64,000 nt of DNA, from NCBI RefSeq assembly GCF_036321535.1, contig NC_087436.1, positions 98,396,001-98,460,000 on the forward strand, given 5' to 3'. The position numbers and the translations under genes are program-made. This DNA is from Camelus dromedarius. Lineage: Eukaryota. Shown piece by piece: positions 37,698 through 48,245 of the stretch (positions are counted from its first letter, which is position 1; every line of letters begins with the position of its first letter). The notes beneath the pieces were generated by a model, which was not told where the DNA came from, searched no databases, and saw only the letters and a list, made by a program, of their open reading frames with translations.

Positions 37698-38190
37698 TCC
37701 CCAAGATTATGCACACCCACATTCATAAGGTCTTGAAACTTCTGAGATTGTGCTGTTATATGACAAAGTTGACTTTAGAAAGAGGAGACTGTCTGTGTGG
37801 GCCTAATCTAATTGAAGGATTCCTTAAAAGCAGGGAATTTTGAAGATTGGGAGGGACAAGCAACTAGGAATGCAGGGGGCATCAAAAGCTAAAAGCAGTT
37901 CCTACTCGACAACCAGCAAGAAAACAGACCCATAGCTACAGTAACTGTGTTCTACCAACAACCTGCATGAGCTTAGAAGTGATTCTTTCCCAGCACCTCT
38001 AGGTAAGAGCCAAGCTGGACAATATTTTGACTTTGTCTTTGTGAGACACTGAGCCTAAAATGAAGCCCAGCCTGCTCAGATTTCTGACTTACAGGACTGT
38101 GTGGAGGGGAGTGGAGAAAAGAGGATGCTGTTTTAATGTTGTTTTAAGCCACCACCTTTGTGAACTTTGTTAGACAGGAAGAGAGAACAC
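37698..38190 (+). mobile_element. Second MLT1 LTR (MLT1E/F-like)
   Basis: 'ctaggaatgcagggggcatc...ccaacaacctgcatgagcttagaagtgattctttcccagcacct...ttttaagccaccacctttgtg'. Confidence 0.8.
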
Positions 38191-38199
38191 TCCCCTAGG

Positions 38200-38566
38200 A
38201 GGCGCTAGCAGCAGCAAGATAACATCCTCTCCCCAGAGGGCTAAGTCCCAGCCCTGAGGGTCCCTTCCTCTAAGTTTCTGTGGTACCAACACCAGCTGTA
38301 CAGTGCTTCCTCCTCAGTAAACTGTCAGCCTCCCCAGGTTCCCTTCTCTAAGCTGCTAGATTATTCTGACTGTTCTGACTTTCTCCTTGTTTCCGCTGGC
38401 CTTAAGGATGTGAGTTGCTTCCTGAAATTATATTCTGTTAGCTCTGTGCTGCCTTTCTCATTTCGCCACTCATCAATGCTTGTTAAACAATCCCTTTGAT
38501 CAAAGTCTTTCTGTTAAAAATAGCAGCCGTGGTTTCTGCGTGCCTGGGTAAACCCTGCCTGATCCT
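38200..38566 (+). mobile_element. ERVL-class LTR 3' part
   Basis: Ends 'ttctgttaaaaatagcagccgtggtttctgcgtgcctgggtaaaccctgcctgatc', similar to the LTR end at 3435-3470. Confidence 0.5.
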
Positions 38567-40810
38567 CCCTGATCCCCAAGTAATTCCTTAAGAAGAGAAT
38601 GACACCTAATCTAAAGACACTCTGTCACAACACCTATATTAATTCTCTTTACAGCTTATTTTTCAAATTTTTTTTTATTTCTTTGTGCACTTGGTTGATT
38701 AGTTTTATCAACTCTATGTACTCACAAGAATGAAGACTTCGTTCTGAGCAGGAAAGCAGAGACACTGTTTGAATGTGGTTGCTTGTGTCTGCGCATGTGG
38801 TCGACAGCCGTGGAGGCAGGAGGTTGTCACATGTTTCAAAATCTCAACAGCAATTGAGGGCAGACCAGATTCAGCTTCTCCAACAGTTAGCGACCTGTGG
38901 GAAGACTGATTTAAATCCCAGAGCAGGCTCATAAATGAGGACAAATAGGGAATCCTGAATTGCTTAGCATTTACCACAGTAAGTTGTACTGAATAGCAAT
39001 TTAGGAAGCTGTGTGTAGTATGTAGTCATTTGGAAATTCAGAATGTGCATTGTTTAGCCTATAGTAAATGATATGAGAAGATCTGTATTGTACATTTTGT
39101 AATTGAAAAGATTTTGTCCTCTATTTTAGTCCAGCATCTTCCAAAAACTGTGTTCAAAAATAGGACTCCACCCCGCCACCCTTTACATAAAACCCTAGAT
39201 CTTTCTTGGTATCATTGGAATGAGTATTGCTCCGGGTTACCACCCACCACCCTGCCTGCTCCCCTTAGCCTGCTTCTCTCCCCTTCCATGTGGGAAGGGC
39301 TGTGCTTCTCTCTCCCTGATCTACCTATCGCCATAGTGAAAACCGATACATTTTTCCTAGAATTGGTTGGTGTCTATCTCAAACAAATGGCTATTAGTGA
39401 TTTAGATCCATAATATGTGACTGTATCGACCTAAGTCAGAAATATTGACCCTCTGACCCAAGAAAATAATGGAAATTTTGATAAGTAAAGCCAAAAAGAG
39501 TAATGGTATGTATTATCAAAGTAGATGTGTCAATCAAAGTATATGTTTATCATTATATTAATTTACATTGAAATCTTGTCCACACTAGATTAGAAAACAT
39601 TTCTTTCTAAAATGTTTTGGTTTTGCCTCTTCCTACAGTACCTTGACTATCTCATTATTATTCATATTATTCTGGTATGAATAATAAGCTTCTGACCACA
39701 GGAAGTTTTTCAGTTTTGTTTATCCCATATTCTAATACTTAAAACAGGGACAGCACATATGAGATATATATATATATATATACACACACATAAATATATA
39801 CACACACAATATCTATTCACTCAATATCTATTTTTGAATATGATAATATAGTAATGTGTAAGTGAATTCCCAGATATTCTGCTCATCTGTCTTAAATCAG
39901 AAGTAGTGTCTGGGTCAGTCAGTACAAATAACCTCTCCAAATTTTTTATACATAGATACAAGATTGGTTGGCAGAGCATACTGTACAATAGAGCATGGGT
40001 CAAATAAACTAGATAATTGCTAAAAAGAAAATTCTACTCAAAGCAATTTGGTTTGGGCTTTCTTTATTCCTCACATCAATCTAATAAGCTTAATAGTATA
40101 AAATCTTCATATCTCTTTGGGTTGCATAGACACAGCCTTAACTGACTCTTTATATAATCATCAGTAAGTAATTATATTCCAGCTGGATGCTTTGTGACTC
40201 TCCTTTGACCACAGATTAGTTTGCACAAAGTGACACAAGCCATATTGTGTGGCATCTTTTATTACTGCCAGTCAGCGACATGTAGCTGAGAACAATGATA
40301 GATTTTGAACAAGAATCGTGCTGTTATCTGGAAGGCCAAGTGAAAACCTGCCCAACCACTAATGTCTAAATGATTATTTTAGACATTTTTTTTTCTGATT
40401 CCCACATCCGGTCCATAGTAATGTAATGAATTACTGGCAGTGCTTTTACATATACTTCAAGTTTATAAGATGTTTGTCTTCTCAGTGTTTTCCCCCCTCA
40501 ATGAAGTAGACTTTACATATGAAGTATTAATAATTAAATGAATAATGAATAGCTCCAGGCTGGAGATCATCATGCTGGGCCTTTTCCCCACCTCAGATGG
40601 CCCAAGGCCAATTTGAGTAATTTACAAGACAACAGAGAATAAAGGATGCAACTAATGTTCCTTGAGATTATTAAAGCCAAAAGGGTCCTGAAACGCCCAC
40701 TCAGCTTTTCAAAACCCTATTCTTGTATCATAAGGAATTCAATTAGCAATGATTTCATAAATGCAAATTCTCAATTATGTATGATTATATATATATACTC
40801 ACACATAAAT

Positions 40811-40821
40811 ACACACACACC

Positions 40822-40854
<33 letters not shown>
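40811..40854. repeat. (CA)n microsatellite
   Basis: Seen directly. Confidence 0.95.
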
Positions 40855-40856
<2 letters not shown>

Positions 40857-41058
40857 TAGTAAAGACAAATTACCCATCCTCCAAGTAATTAGAAAAGATG
40901 GAAAAGAGAAAATCGGAGTAAATTTTATTTCTAAATATTTGCTAAAATTGAAAAATTAATAAATAAACTAAAGGGATAGATGACAAGGATATACATACAA
41001 GCACAGAGCAATTGCTAACCACAGAGAAGTTTCAATAAGATAATTAAATGTGAAACAT

Positions 41059-41535
41059 GGTCAGGGAGGGAAAACTTTCCTTTACTCTTCTGGGTTCTTT
41101 TGGCTGGTCTAATAATTAAATTGACATAAGACATATTAATGGAAGAATATCAAATTTAATTTTGTACATATGGAGGTCTCACAGATATGGTACCAAAGAA
41201 ATGACCAAAGCAGGCAGCTTTTACACCTTCCAGACAAAGAAACAATCATTTGTGAAGAATTAACAAAGACACTTGAGTTTGGGTGCCAATGAGTGAAACA
41301 TTTAAGCAGAATTTGTTTACAAAGCCTACTAAGCCTTGAATTCCCTGTCTCTGGCAAGTCTTTCTACCTCCTACAGCAGGTAGGGTACCTTTCACATGGG
41401 AAGTTTTTTTTTCTTGCTTTCAGAGGAGGGTCAGAGGGTTCTTCCTGCACTGGCTATTTCTCAAGTAACTGTAATTCAAAATAATCAATATGCCACTTTT
41501 GTATATTTTGAGGTGGCCTGCTCTGATTCCCAACA
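41059..41535 (-). mobile_element. MER34-like ERV1 solo LTR with 4-bp TSD
   Basis: TSD ACAT at 41055-41058 and 41536-41539. Ends 'aaaataatcaatatgccacttttgtatattttgaggtggcctgctctgattcccaaca'. Confidence 0.85.
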
Positions 41536-42972
41536 ACATTTTAGAATAACTACATTGGATTTAGATTGAAAATTTTACATCACTTATCTTACTGTTTGAA
41601 GGTATAGTATGAAAAAAATAGAACTCAGTTTTGATTTAAAAGTATATTCTTTTCTGACCTGAACTTATTTTCGACTTTGGCATGTAAATTCCTAGGGAGG
41701 TAATGCTGTATTCTCAGAACTAGGACGAAGTTTAAGCTGTAACCATTTGACTCTCTGGGGACTATAAGAAAGTTGTATTATTAGTCTTTTAAATCAGAAC
41801 AATTAACTAAAAAAATGGTGGCAGATATGATTCTCATGATATGTGAAATGTTTATAAGAGAATAGAAAGTACACATTCTCTGCATTTATAGTTTCAGTGG
41901 ATTAAGAGGGTAGAGCTTTTTACAGGAAGATTGAGAAAAACAAAAAGTTCTATTTCTCCAGAGACGGTCAGTCCAATTCAGTGCAAAAACTATGGTCAAA
42001 TTCCTATTAAGGCCACTATGGACAATTTTCAGGAGTATATAACACAGTGCGGCTGGCCTTCAAGGAGTTTATAATTTCATAGTGTCATTGAAGCTGAAAG
42101 ACAAACAACAACTCTAATATAAGACTGAATATATATACTTTAGCAGAAATATGCTTATAGAACTTGTGAATGCCAATAGGAAGATGTAACATCAATTTAT
42201 AATAACTAAAATATTTCATAAAAGTGATCATTGAAATGGATCTTAAAGACTGTAAAATACAGAAAGGCAAAATATTCAAAAGGGGTACATTCCAGACACA
42301 AGAAACTACATAGATAAGTGAAGTATAAAATATTGCACTATGACACTTTTTATATTGCCTGGGGTTGACCCCATTTATGGTCCAATTGACCACTTATTTT
42401 GTATTTATTTACTCAACAATTTTTTTAAGTATCTACCATGTAACAGGAGTCATTCTAGGTAATCACAAAAATGGGAAGTGATGCTGTTAAAATTTGATTA
42501 AATTAGTTAATTATTTAATTACTATACGTGTATGAATACCTACTATGAAATAAAAAAAACCAGTGTAAATTAACACAGAGGCTGGAGTGATGTATTTTGA
42601 TGATTAGAAAGCTTTCTCTGCTAGAGTAACATTGATGAAAACCCTAAATGCAATGATTAAGAAAGTTATGCAAGTGTAGGGGAGAAAAAAAAATCTCTTC
42701 CTTCTACCCATCTTAGGTTCATTGTCTGGGGCTGTATAAATTAGACTAACAAAATACAGATTAAGAAGAGGAAAACACTACCAAGTTTATTATTATGTGT
42801 ATTATGTACACTTATGACAGCACTCAGAGATGTCGCTCCAAGGGGGTGGTTAGAATTTGGGGTCTCTATACCTAACATAGCAGAGGAAAGGGATGGAGAA
42901 TAAGGGCACTTACCAAAAAAGCCAATGACTTTTTGGAAAGAGAAATGGGACCTTAGGAGAATAGATGGAAGA

Positions 42973-43305
42973 TGTAGAAGATTAATAAATAGGAACCTCA
43001 GTTAAGTAGAGTTGGGAGACCAGAACGGGGAATTTTACTGTCCTACCAACATAGAGGACCTCAGATAAAAAAGAAAGACCCCTCTTCTCCTGGCAAGGAC
43101 TAATGAAAAGCCGTGGACTCTCTGTTTGCGGTAGCCCTGCCAGCTTCCTCCTCCCCTCTACAAAAGTGTTCTCTTTTTCTTGCTTTGGAGGAACTTGCAA
43201 ATGACTCTTCATGGTGGTAGAACCCAAACTGCAGTTCTCTGCTGATCCTGAACAAACCCATCTTTGCAGGAGAAACAGCTGGCAGTCTGTTCGTTTTAGG
43301 TCAGA
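42973..43305 (+). mobile_element. 5' LTR of ERV1 provirus
   Basis: Clearly homologous to 46175-46369 plus 47372-47508; for example 'ttctctgctgatcctgaa(c/t)aaacccatctttgc' occurs in both. Confidence 0.9.
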
Positions 43306-43309
43306 GTGT

Positions 43310-43327
43310 CAGTGGCCCCCATGGGGA
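43310..43327 (+). promoter_or_regulatory. Decayed primer-binding site, tRNA-Ile(AAU)-like
   Basis: CAGTGGCCCCCATGGGGA versus TGGTGGCCCGTACGGGGA (complement of the tRNA-Ile 3' end), 13/18 identical, immediately after the 5' LTR. Confidence 0.6.
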
Positions 43328-43847
43328 CGAGAGAAGACCCCTGAGGGCTCTGGTGAGCAGACAGGTGTGGTGCCCACCTTGAGCCCACTGTGCTCACTGC
43401 TTCTTATGTCAACCCTGGAGTTTAAAGGTATGTCTTTTTCCTGGATCTGAGATCACAACCTCTTTGCATTTGAAGCTCTCCAGGCTTTATTTGGGATCTA
43501 TTTTAAGATATTATTCTTTCCGATTAAGGTGTTGTTCCAAAATATGAGCACTCATTTGGCACTTTAGTCTGATTTTGGTGTTACACTGTTTAAATCAAAG
43601 CTGGCCAAGAAGCTGTCAGCCCATTCCTTCAGGAAGAGAGGCTGCTTCCCTGAAAATGTGCCAGTTCAGCCCATTCCTTTATAACACGGCTCCTCTCTGG
43701 CTGAAAAGCCTTTACCCTGGCTCCTTGGGACCACGCTGTTTCCTTAGAACTGACAGGTATTAGCTAGCAAGCTGTTTGAGTTGCAGGCTATTTCAGCTGA
43801 GCTGTTTAAAAATCATTCTTTTAAGCCAGAGAAAAACCTCTAAGAAA

Positions 43848-45260
43848 TGGAATTCCAGTTACCTAAATATTTTGAGGGCACCCCCCCCCCCTCAGAGATT
43901 CCAGCTGATTTTTTTTAAAAAAAACCAAGGCCCTTCCTCATGCACATTTCTAACTAAATGAACCAAACTGACCAAAAGTAATTTAGAATATCAATGGCCA
44001 TTATGGGAACTTTTGAAATCTCTAAACTTAACTTTCTTAAAACTAAATTGGACCACAGTAGGTCAAAAAATTTCCAGAACTGAGTGGAAATCCTATTTCA
44101 ACTGATATTTTGAGGCTGGCCCAACAAAATCAGGTGCCTAAAATTGCCTCTCTATAAACTAATATTTTAAGGTTAAGTGAGGCAGACAATTGATTAAAGA
44201 AAGGTAACATGACTCTCCGTGTCTCAGGCTCTTCTTGGTTTCTTTGTGTCAGGCTCCCCTGTGGTGCTGTCTTGTCTCTGTCCATCAGCCCCTCCTGGTC
44301 TGACTCCCCCCTCCTGCTCCATGGCCGTCTGTCTCCTTTCCTCCTATACCGCCTGCACCTCTTCTGTACCCTCAGGACCTTCATGCTAATTCTGTCACAG
44401 AACTTTCCTTTTTCTTTGAAATTCTCCCCACTCTCTTTTCCTCTGAACTCATCAGAAGCTGTCCCTTTAAAATTAAGCCTCTAAGGATCCAGAAGCTAAA
44501 TCCTTAATTTCTTATATTCTCTGGACTAAGCTGAACTTCAAGCCATGGTCAAAGATTTATCCAATGTAACTGAAGATCCTCACAGATTTGCTGAGGAATT
44601 TAATAATAATCGTTCAAGCTTATCATCCTAGTTTCTCTGAATTGTATCAACTGGTTCATATGCTTGTTGATAAGGGCAAGGATGAAAATTGCTAATTGGG
44701 AAAGTCCTGAAAGGTCTGTAGAATTACAACCCGGAGATCAGCCAGTTAACTGATTATCTGATCCAGCCTGGAAAATTCTGAGGCAACTTCATAGAGCAAT
44801 TCCTGTTCCTCACAGGAAAGGGATTCCTGTTCCATTTCCAAAACCTGCTGATTGGAAAAAATTCAGGCTTGCACACAAAAGTCTGACAAACCTTGTTCAT
44901 GACAGTAACAATCAACTCCAGATTGTTTTGAAGGAATACTCTGGTCTTCCTTCAGATGTTGATTCCTCCGAAGCAGCTTTTAACTCTGTTTGTTAATAGG
45001 CTGAACTGGGACTTTTCCCTTCTGGTGAGAAGGACTAGCATGGATGGGAAACTCTGTTCATCCAGATTTAGTTAATCTGGCAAGTCAGCGCTCTCTCGCT
45101 CTAGATGAGTCACCTAAAGGGAAGACCACTAAAATTCTTCATCTTCAATGCTAGCAAATTAAGCACTCCCCCAAAGGAAGCCACAAACTTCCTAATTTCT
45201 GCTATTATTGCAAAGATCCAGGACATTGGAAAAGAGATCATTACAAACGAACATGCTTTA
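43848..45260 (+). pseudogene. gag: Decayed ERV1 gag (HUERS/PRIMA/MER4-group-like)
   Basis: MA-like 'QGPSSCTFLTK*TKLTKSNLEYQWPLWGTFEI'. CA-like 'ELQAMVKDLSNVTEDPHRFAEEFN...YQLVHMLV'. Zinc knuckle CYYCKDPGHWKRDH at 45200-45241 with the last Cys lost. Multiple stops and frameshifts. Confidence 0.85.
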
Positions 45261-45329
45261 GGGTGCCTTCATTTCTCTAGCCAGTCTTTCCAACATCCTT
45301 CAATTCCCGGTGGTGGGGCTCCGAAGAAC

Positions 45330-45660
45330 TACAGTGGCTTTCCCCAATGTTGCCTCTTCATCAGCTTGGAGAAACATTTCCCTAGATTGAGAATGAACCT
45401 CTTCCAGTCCTAACTGGCACTGGAGCCACACTCTCAGTGCTCAAACCCCCTGTTACGAAGCAGCCCTGCCTCAGGGTACTAAAGCAGTTCAGCAGAGGGC
45501 GTCTCCAGTGACCCTCAAGAGGTTCTTGTCTCTGGACACACTCCCTTTTGTTTAGGTCCTCTGGGAGATACACACCCTCTTCTTCTTAGTTCCTCCACCC
45601 CCATCCACTTATTAGGCTGAGGTTTCTTTCTCCTTGGAAGGGGAAACAATTCTAGAATTT
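45330..45660 (+). pseudogene. pro: Decayed ERV1 protease
   Basis: VLTGTGATLSVL at 45407-45442 (DTGA active site with D to G). PIHLLG* at about 45600-45620 (LLGRD motif). Confidence 0.8.
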
Positions 45661-45789
45661 GACAGTAGTCATCAACATAACTGACCAGGTAAATTAATCG
45701 ACACTTTGACATTTTTTTTTAATACATTCTGTCTTGGATAGTACTAGATCTGATTTTGGAAACACTGATCATTTATCTTTATTGAATCA

Positions 45790-46045
45790 CCTATCACCTT
45801 TTTATGGGCAAAATCTCCAAATGATATTGACAAAATTTACAGCACACCTCCCAACAAGATTCAAAAAGATTTCTCAAAACCTCTTCCCAGAATTAATAAA
45901 TACCTTATAAGTAAAGAAGCCTTACAAGGCATGAAACCCATAATAGAAGGTTACAAGGCTCAAGGCTTTATTATCTTTTGCACCAGTGCCTGTAATATCC
46001 CTAATTTCCTGGTGATTTGCTTTGCTCAGGACCTCTGAGCAAACA
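45790..46045 (+). pseudogene. pol: N-terminal stub of ERV1 reverse transcriptase; the rest of pol and env is deleted
   Basis: PLPRINKYLISKEALQGMKPIIEGYKAQGFIIFCTSACNIP (compare SPCNTPILPV), then FAQDL*A (compare FVQDLRA). The sequence then jumps to the 3' end and PPT. Confidence 0.8.
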
Positions 46046-46369
46046 CCCAAGGTGAGACACTACACCCAGGAGAGGTCTTTTCTGACATTAAGGGACAAAA
46101 AGCAACTGAAACTAGAAACCATGACTTTTGATCAGTGATACTTTCAGAGAAAGAGATTGAACAAAAGGGAGAAATTTAAAAATTAATAAATAAAAACCTT
46201 AAGTAAAGTTGGGAGGTCAGAAAGGGGAGCTCTCACACCATGTGACAATAGCAGAGCTCAACAAGAAATACCCCTCTTCTTTTCTAGCAAAAACTCAGCC
46301 AATGATAAGTCATGGACTCTGTTTACTGTAGCCTTCCCAACTTCCTTTTCCTACTATAAAAGTGTTTTC

Positions 46370-46521
46370 AGTATGAACTTGTTGTTTATCTATTTTATGT
46401 ATATATATGTGTGTGTGTGTATATATATATATATACATATACATATATGTATTAGTTAGTATCTGTAAATCCCAAGCTCCCAATTTATCCCTTCCCAGCC
46501 CCTTCCCCCACTCGTAATCAT
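46370..46521 (-). mobile_element. Young L1 3'UTR fragment inside the insert
   Basis: 'agtatgaacttgttgtttatctatttt...gtatctgtaaatcccaagctcccaatttatccc' matches the in-window L1 copies at 33355-33455 and 62057-62112. Confidence 0.9.
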
Positions 46522-47184
46522 CACAACTATAGTTACCACGAATCACTATGTGCAAAGTTATATCAAATTGAACTTACTTATGCAAAGATCTTAATATGCA
46601 TTAATGCTAGTCAAAGTTTTGTTAGTTTGTAGGTAAATATTCTTTCTGAAAAATAAACACAAATAGTACAAATTCTGGCAAATATGTTTCAGCATTTCTA
46701 ATTAATACAATTCAGTGAAGTTTAATATATATGACAATCTGATTAACTACCAAACTCTGAGTTTAAAAGAGATATAAATATATATATATATTTATTTCTC
46801 ATGCAATCATATAAATTATAAGAAGTTAAAACAGTGTATTGAAACACCAGATTGCTTACTGACTTCCCAATCTTTTCGCTCTTGTTTCATTGAGTAGGCG
46901 GTAATAAAGTTTCAGTTTTGTTTCTCTGAAACCTATTACTGCTCTTAAACTGACTTTCCTGTTCTCAGGTATTACATCACTTTTCTTGAATGGGATTTAG
47001 AGAACCAGAGGAAATACATAACAAAAAACTTTACATGATGATTCTAACCATTTTTTCAAGGTCATTTATGCAAAGTTTTCCCATGATTTATAAAAATATA
47101 AAAATAGAGAATGCCAGTTGGTATGGGAGGGGGTTGAAGCCTGAAAAAAGAAACTTCCTCAGGTCATTTTCTCGCACCGCCAGA

Positions 47185-47352
47185 TTTTATTGTGGCTCGT
47201 CTGAACCGGAGTGTGCTGGGAGTGTAAGATATACCCTGGATTTCAAAGGTTTGCTGCAAAAAAGGAACGTAAACTGTCTCAAGATTTTTTTTTATATCGA
47301 TTGTGTGTTGAAATGATAATACTTGACATATTGAGTTAAATAAAATATAACA
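47185..47352. mobile_element. MER33/MER3-like hAT-Charlie fragment inside the insert
   Basis: 'tgtggctcgtctgaaccggagtgtgctgggagtgtaagatataccctggatttcaaagg...gttgaaatgataatacttgacatattgagttaaataaaatata'. Confidence 0.8.
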
Positions 47353-47899
47353 CTTAAAAAGAAGTGTTTTCCTTCCCTTGCCCTGTGGGGACTTGCGTGT
47401 GGCTTGCCATGGTTGCAGACCCCAAATTGCAATTCTCTGCTGATCCTGAATAAACCCATCTTTGCTGCAGAAATAAATATATGGCAGCTTGTTAGTTTTA
47501 GAACAACAGAAATATGATAGTTTGGTAACAGTGTGTCTTTGGATGTGGTGTTGACTTCTCTCTGAGAAGAGATGCTTTGAGTTGTTCCTGGGGAGGAAAT
47601 TTATGACACTTGAGTTTTTTGTAGAGACTCTGCTTTTAGGCAGACAAAGGATTTCAGGAACTGAAATGCCTTCAGCACAAAACTACTCTTATGCCAAAAT
47701 GGTGTGTAGAGTGGCATATCCTGATTCCCTTCACAAGTAACTAAGAAGTTAATATTGTGTGTGTAGTCACAATGGAGACTCCACATATACCAGTAAGCTC
47801 TTGTCCTAATAATAGTGGGAATGGCCAGCTTTTGAACAAACGTGATATTCACACTGATGATTCGACCCTTAAAGTAGATAGTGATAGTCTTTTGAAGTC

Positions 47900-48245
47900 T
47901 TTTTCTTTTTTTCCCCAGTAGTATGAATGAGAGTGGAAGAGGTATCAGGTGATTACTGTGATGAATAATGGAGGCTGTGAGTGGTGAATGTTCATATGTA
48001 AAGTGGGTGGGTGTGAAATTTATCCTGGAAGATGAACATTTGCTTTTGGTTCCTGGGAATGAAGTCAAAGATACTGAGCTTTTTAAGTCTACATAATGAG
48101 AAAAATGAGTCACATTCCCAGATACTGAAAATTTTAGAGGAAGAGTTGACTTTGAAGGAAGAATAATAATCTGGGAACTGTTGAGTTTGGGGTTCTACTT
48201 GGTAAAACATCTAAGTAAACCTAGAATATGGGATTTAGGAGAAGA
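47900..48245 (-). mobile_element. L2 fragment
   Basis: 'gaagtcaaagatactgagctttttaagtct...gatactgaaaattttagaggaagag...gagtttgggg'. Confidence 0.55.

Larger units (their letters stand above)
46370..47361 (+). other. TSD-flanked polyadenylated retrocopy (candidate L1 3' transduction)
   Basis: TSD AAGTGTTTTC at 46360-46369 and 47362-47371. AATAAA 47339-47344, A-run 47356-47360. Antisense L1 3'UTR piece at the 5' end. Confidence 0.75.
46163..47508 (+). mobile_element. PPT plus 3' LTR of ERV1 provirus, split by a 992-bp insert (46370-47361)
   Basis: Purine tract aaaagggagaaa at about 46163-46174. LTR homology stops at 46369 and resumes at 47362. Ends '...gaacaaca' at 47508. Confidence 0.88.
42675..47733 (-). 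mobile_element. MER34-like solo LTR split by a provirus (pieces 42675-42972 and 47509-47733)
   Basis: TG at 42675 and CA at 47733. Perfect TSD CAAG (42671-42674 / 47734-47737). The two halves join as 'atagatggaaga|...tatgatag' and resemble the copy at 29031. Confidence 0.85.

Noticed and set aside
43616..43679. 14-bp direct repeat TCAGCCCATTCCTT in the ERV leader
   Set aside because: Short duplications are common in ERV leaders, and nothing indicates a separate element.
47601..48113. Longest ORF in the track (170 aa, minus strand)
   Set aside because: It spans LTR and L2-derived sequence, has no recognisable domain, and is consistent with a chance ORF.
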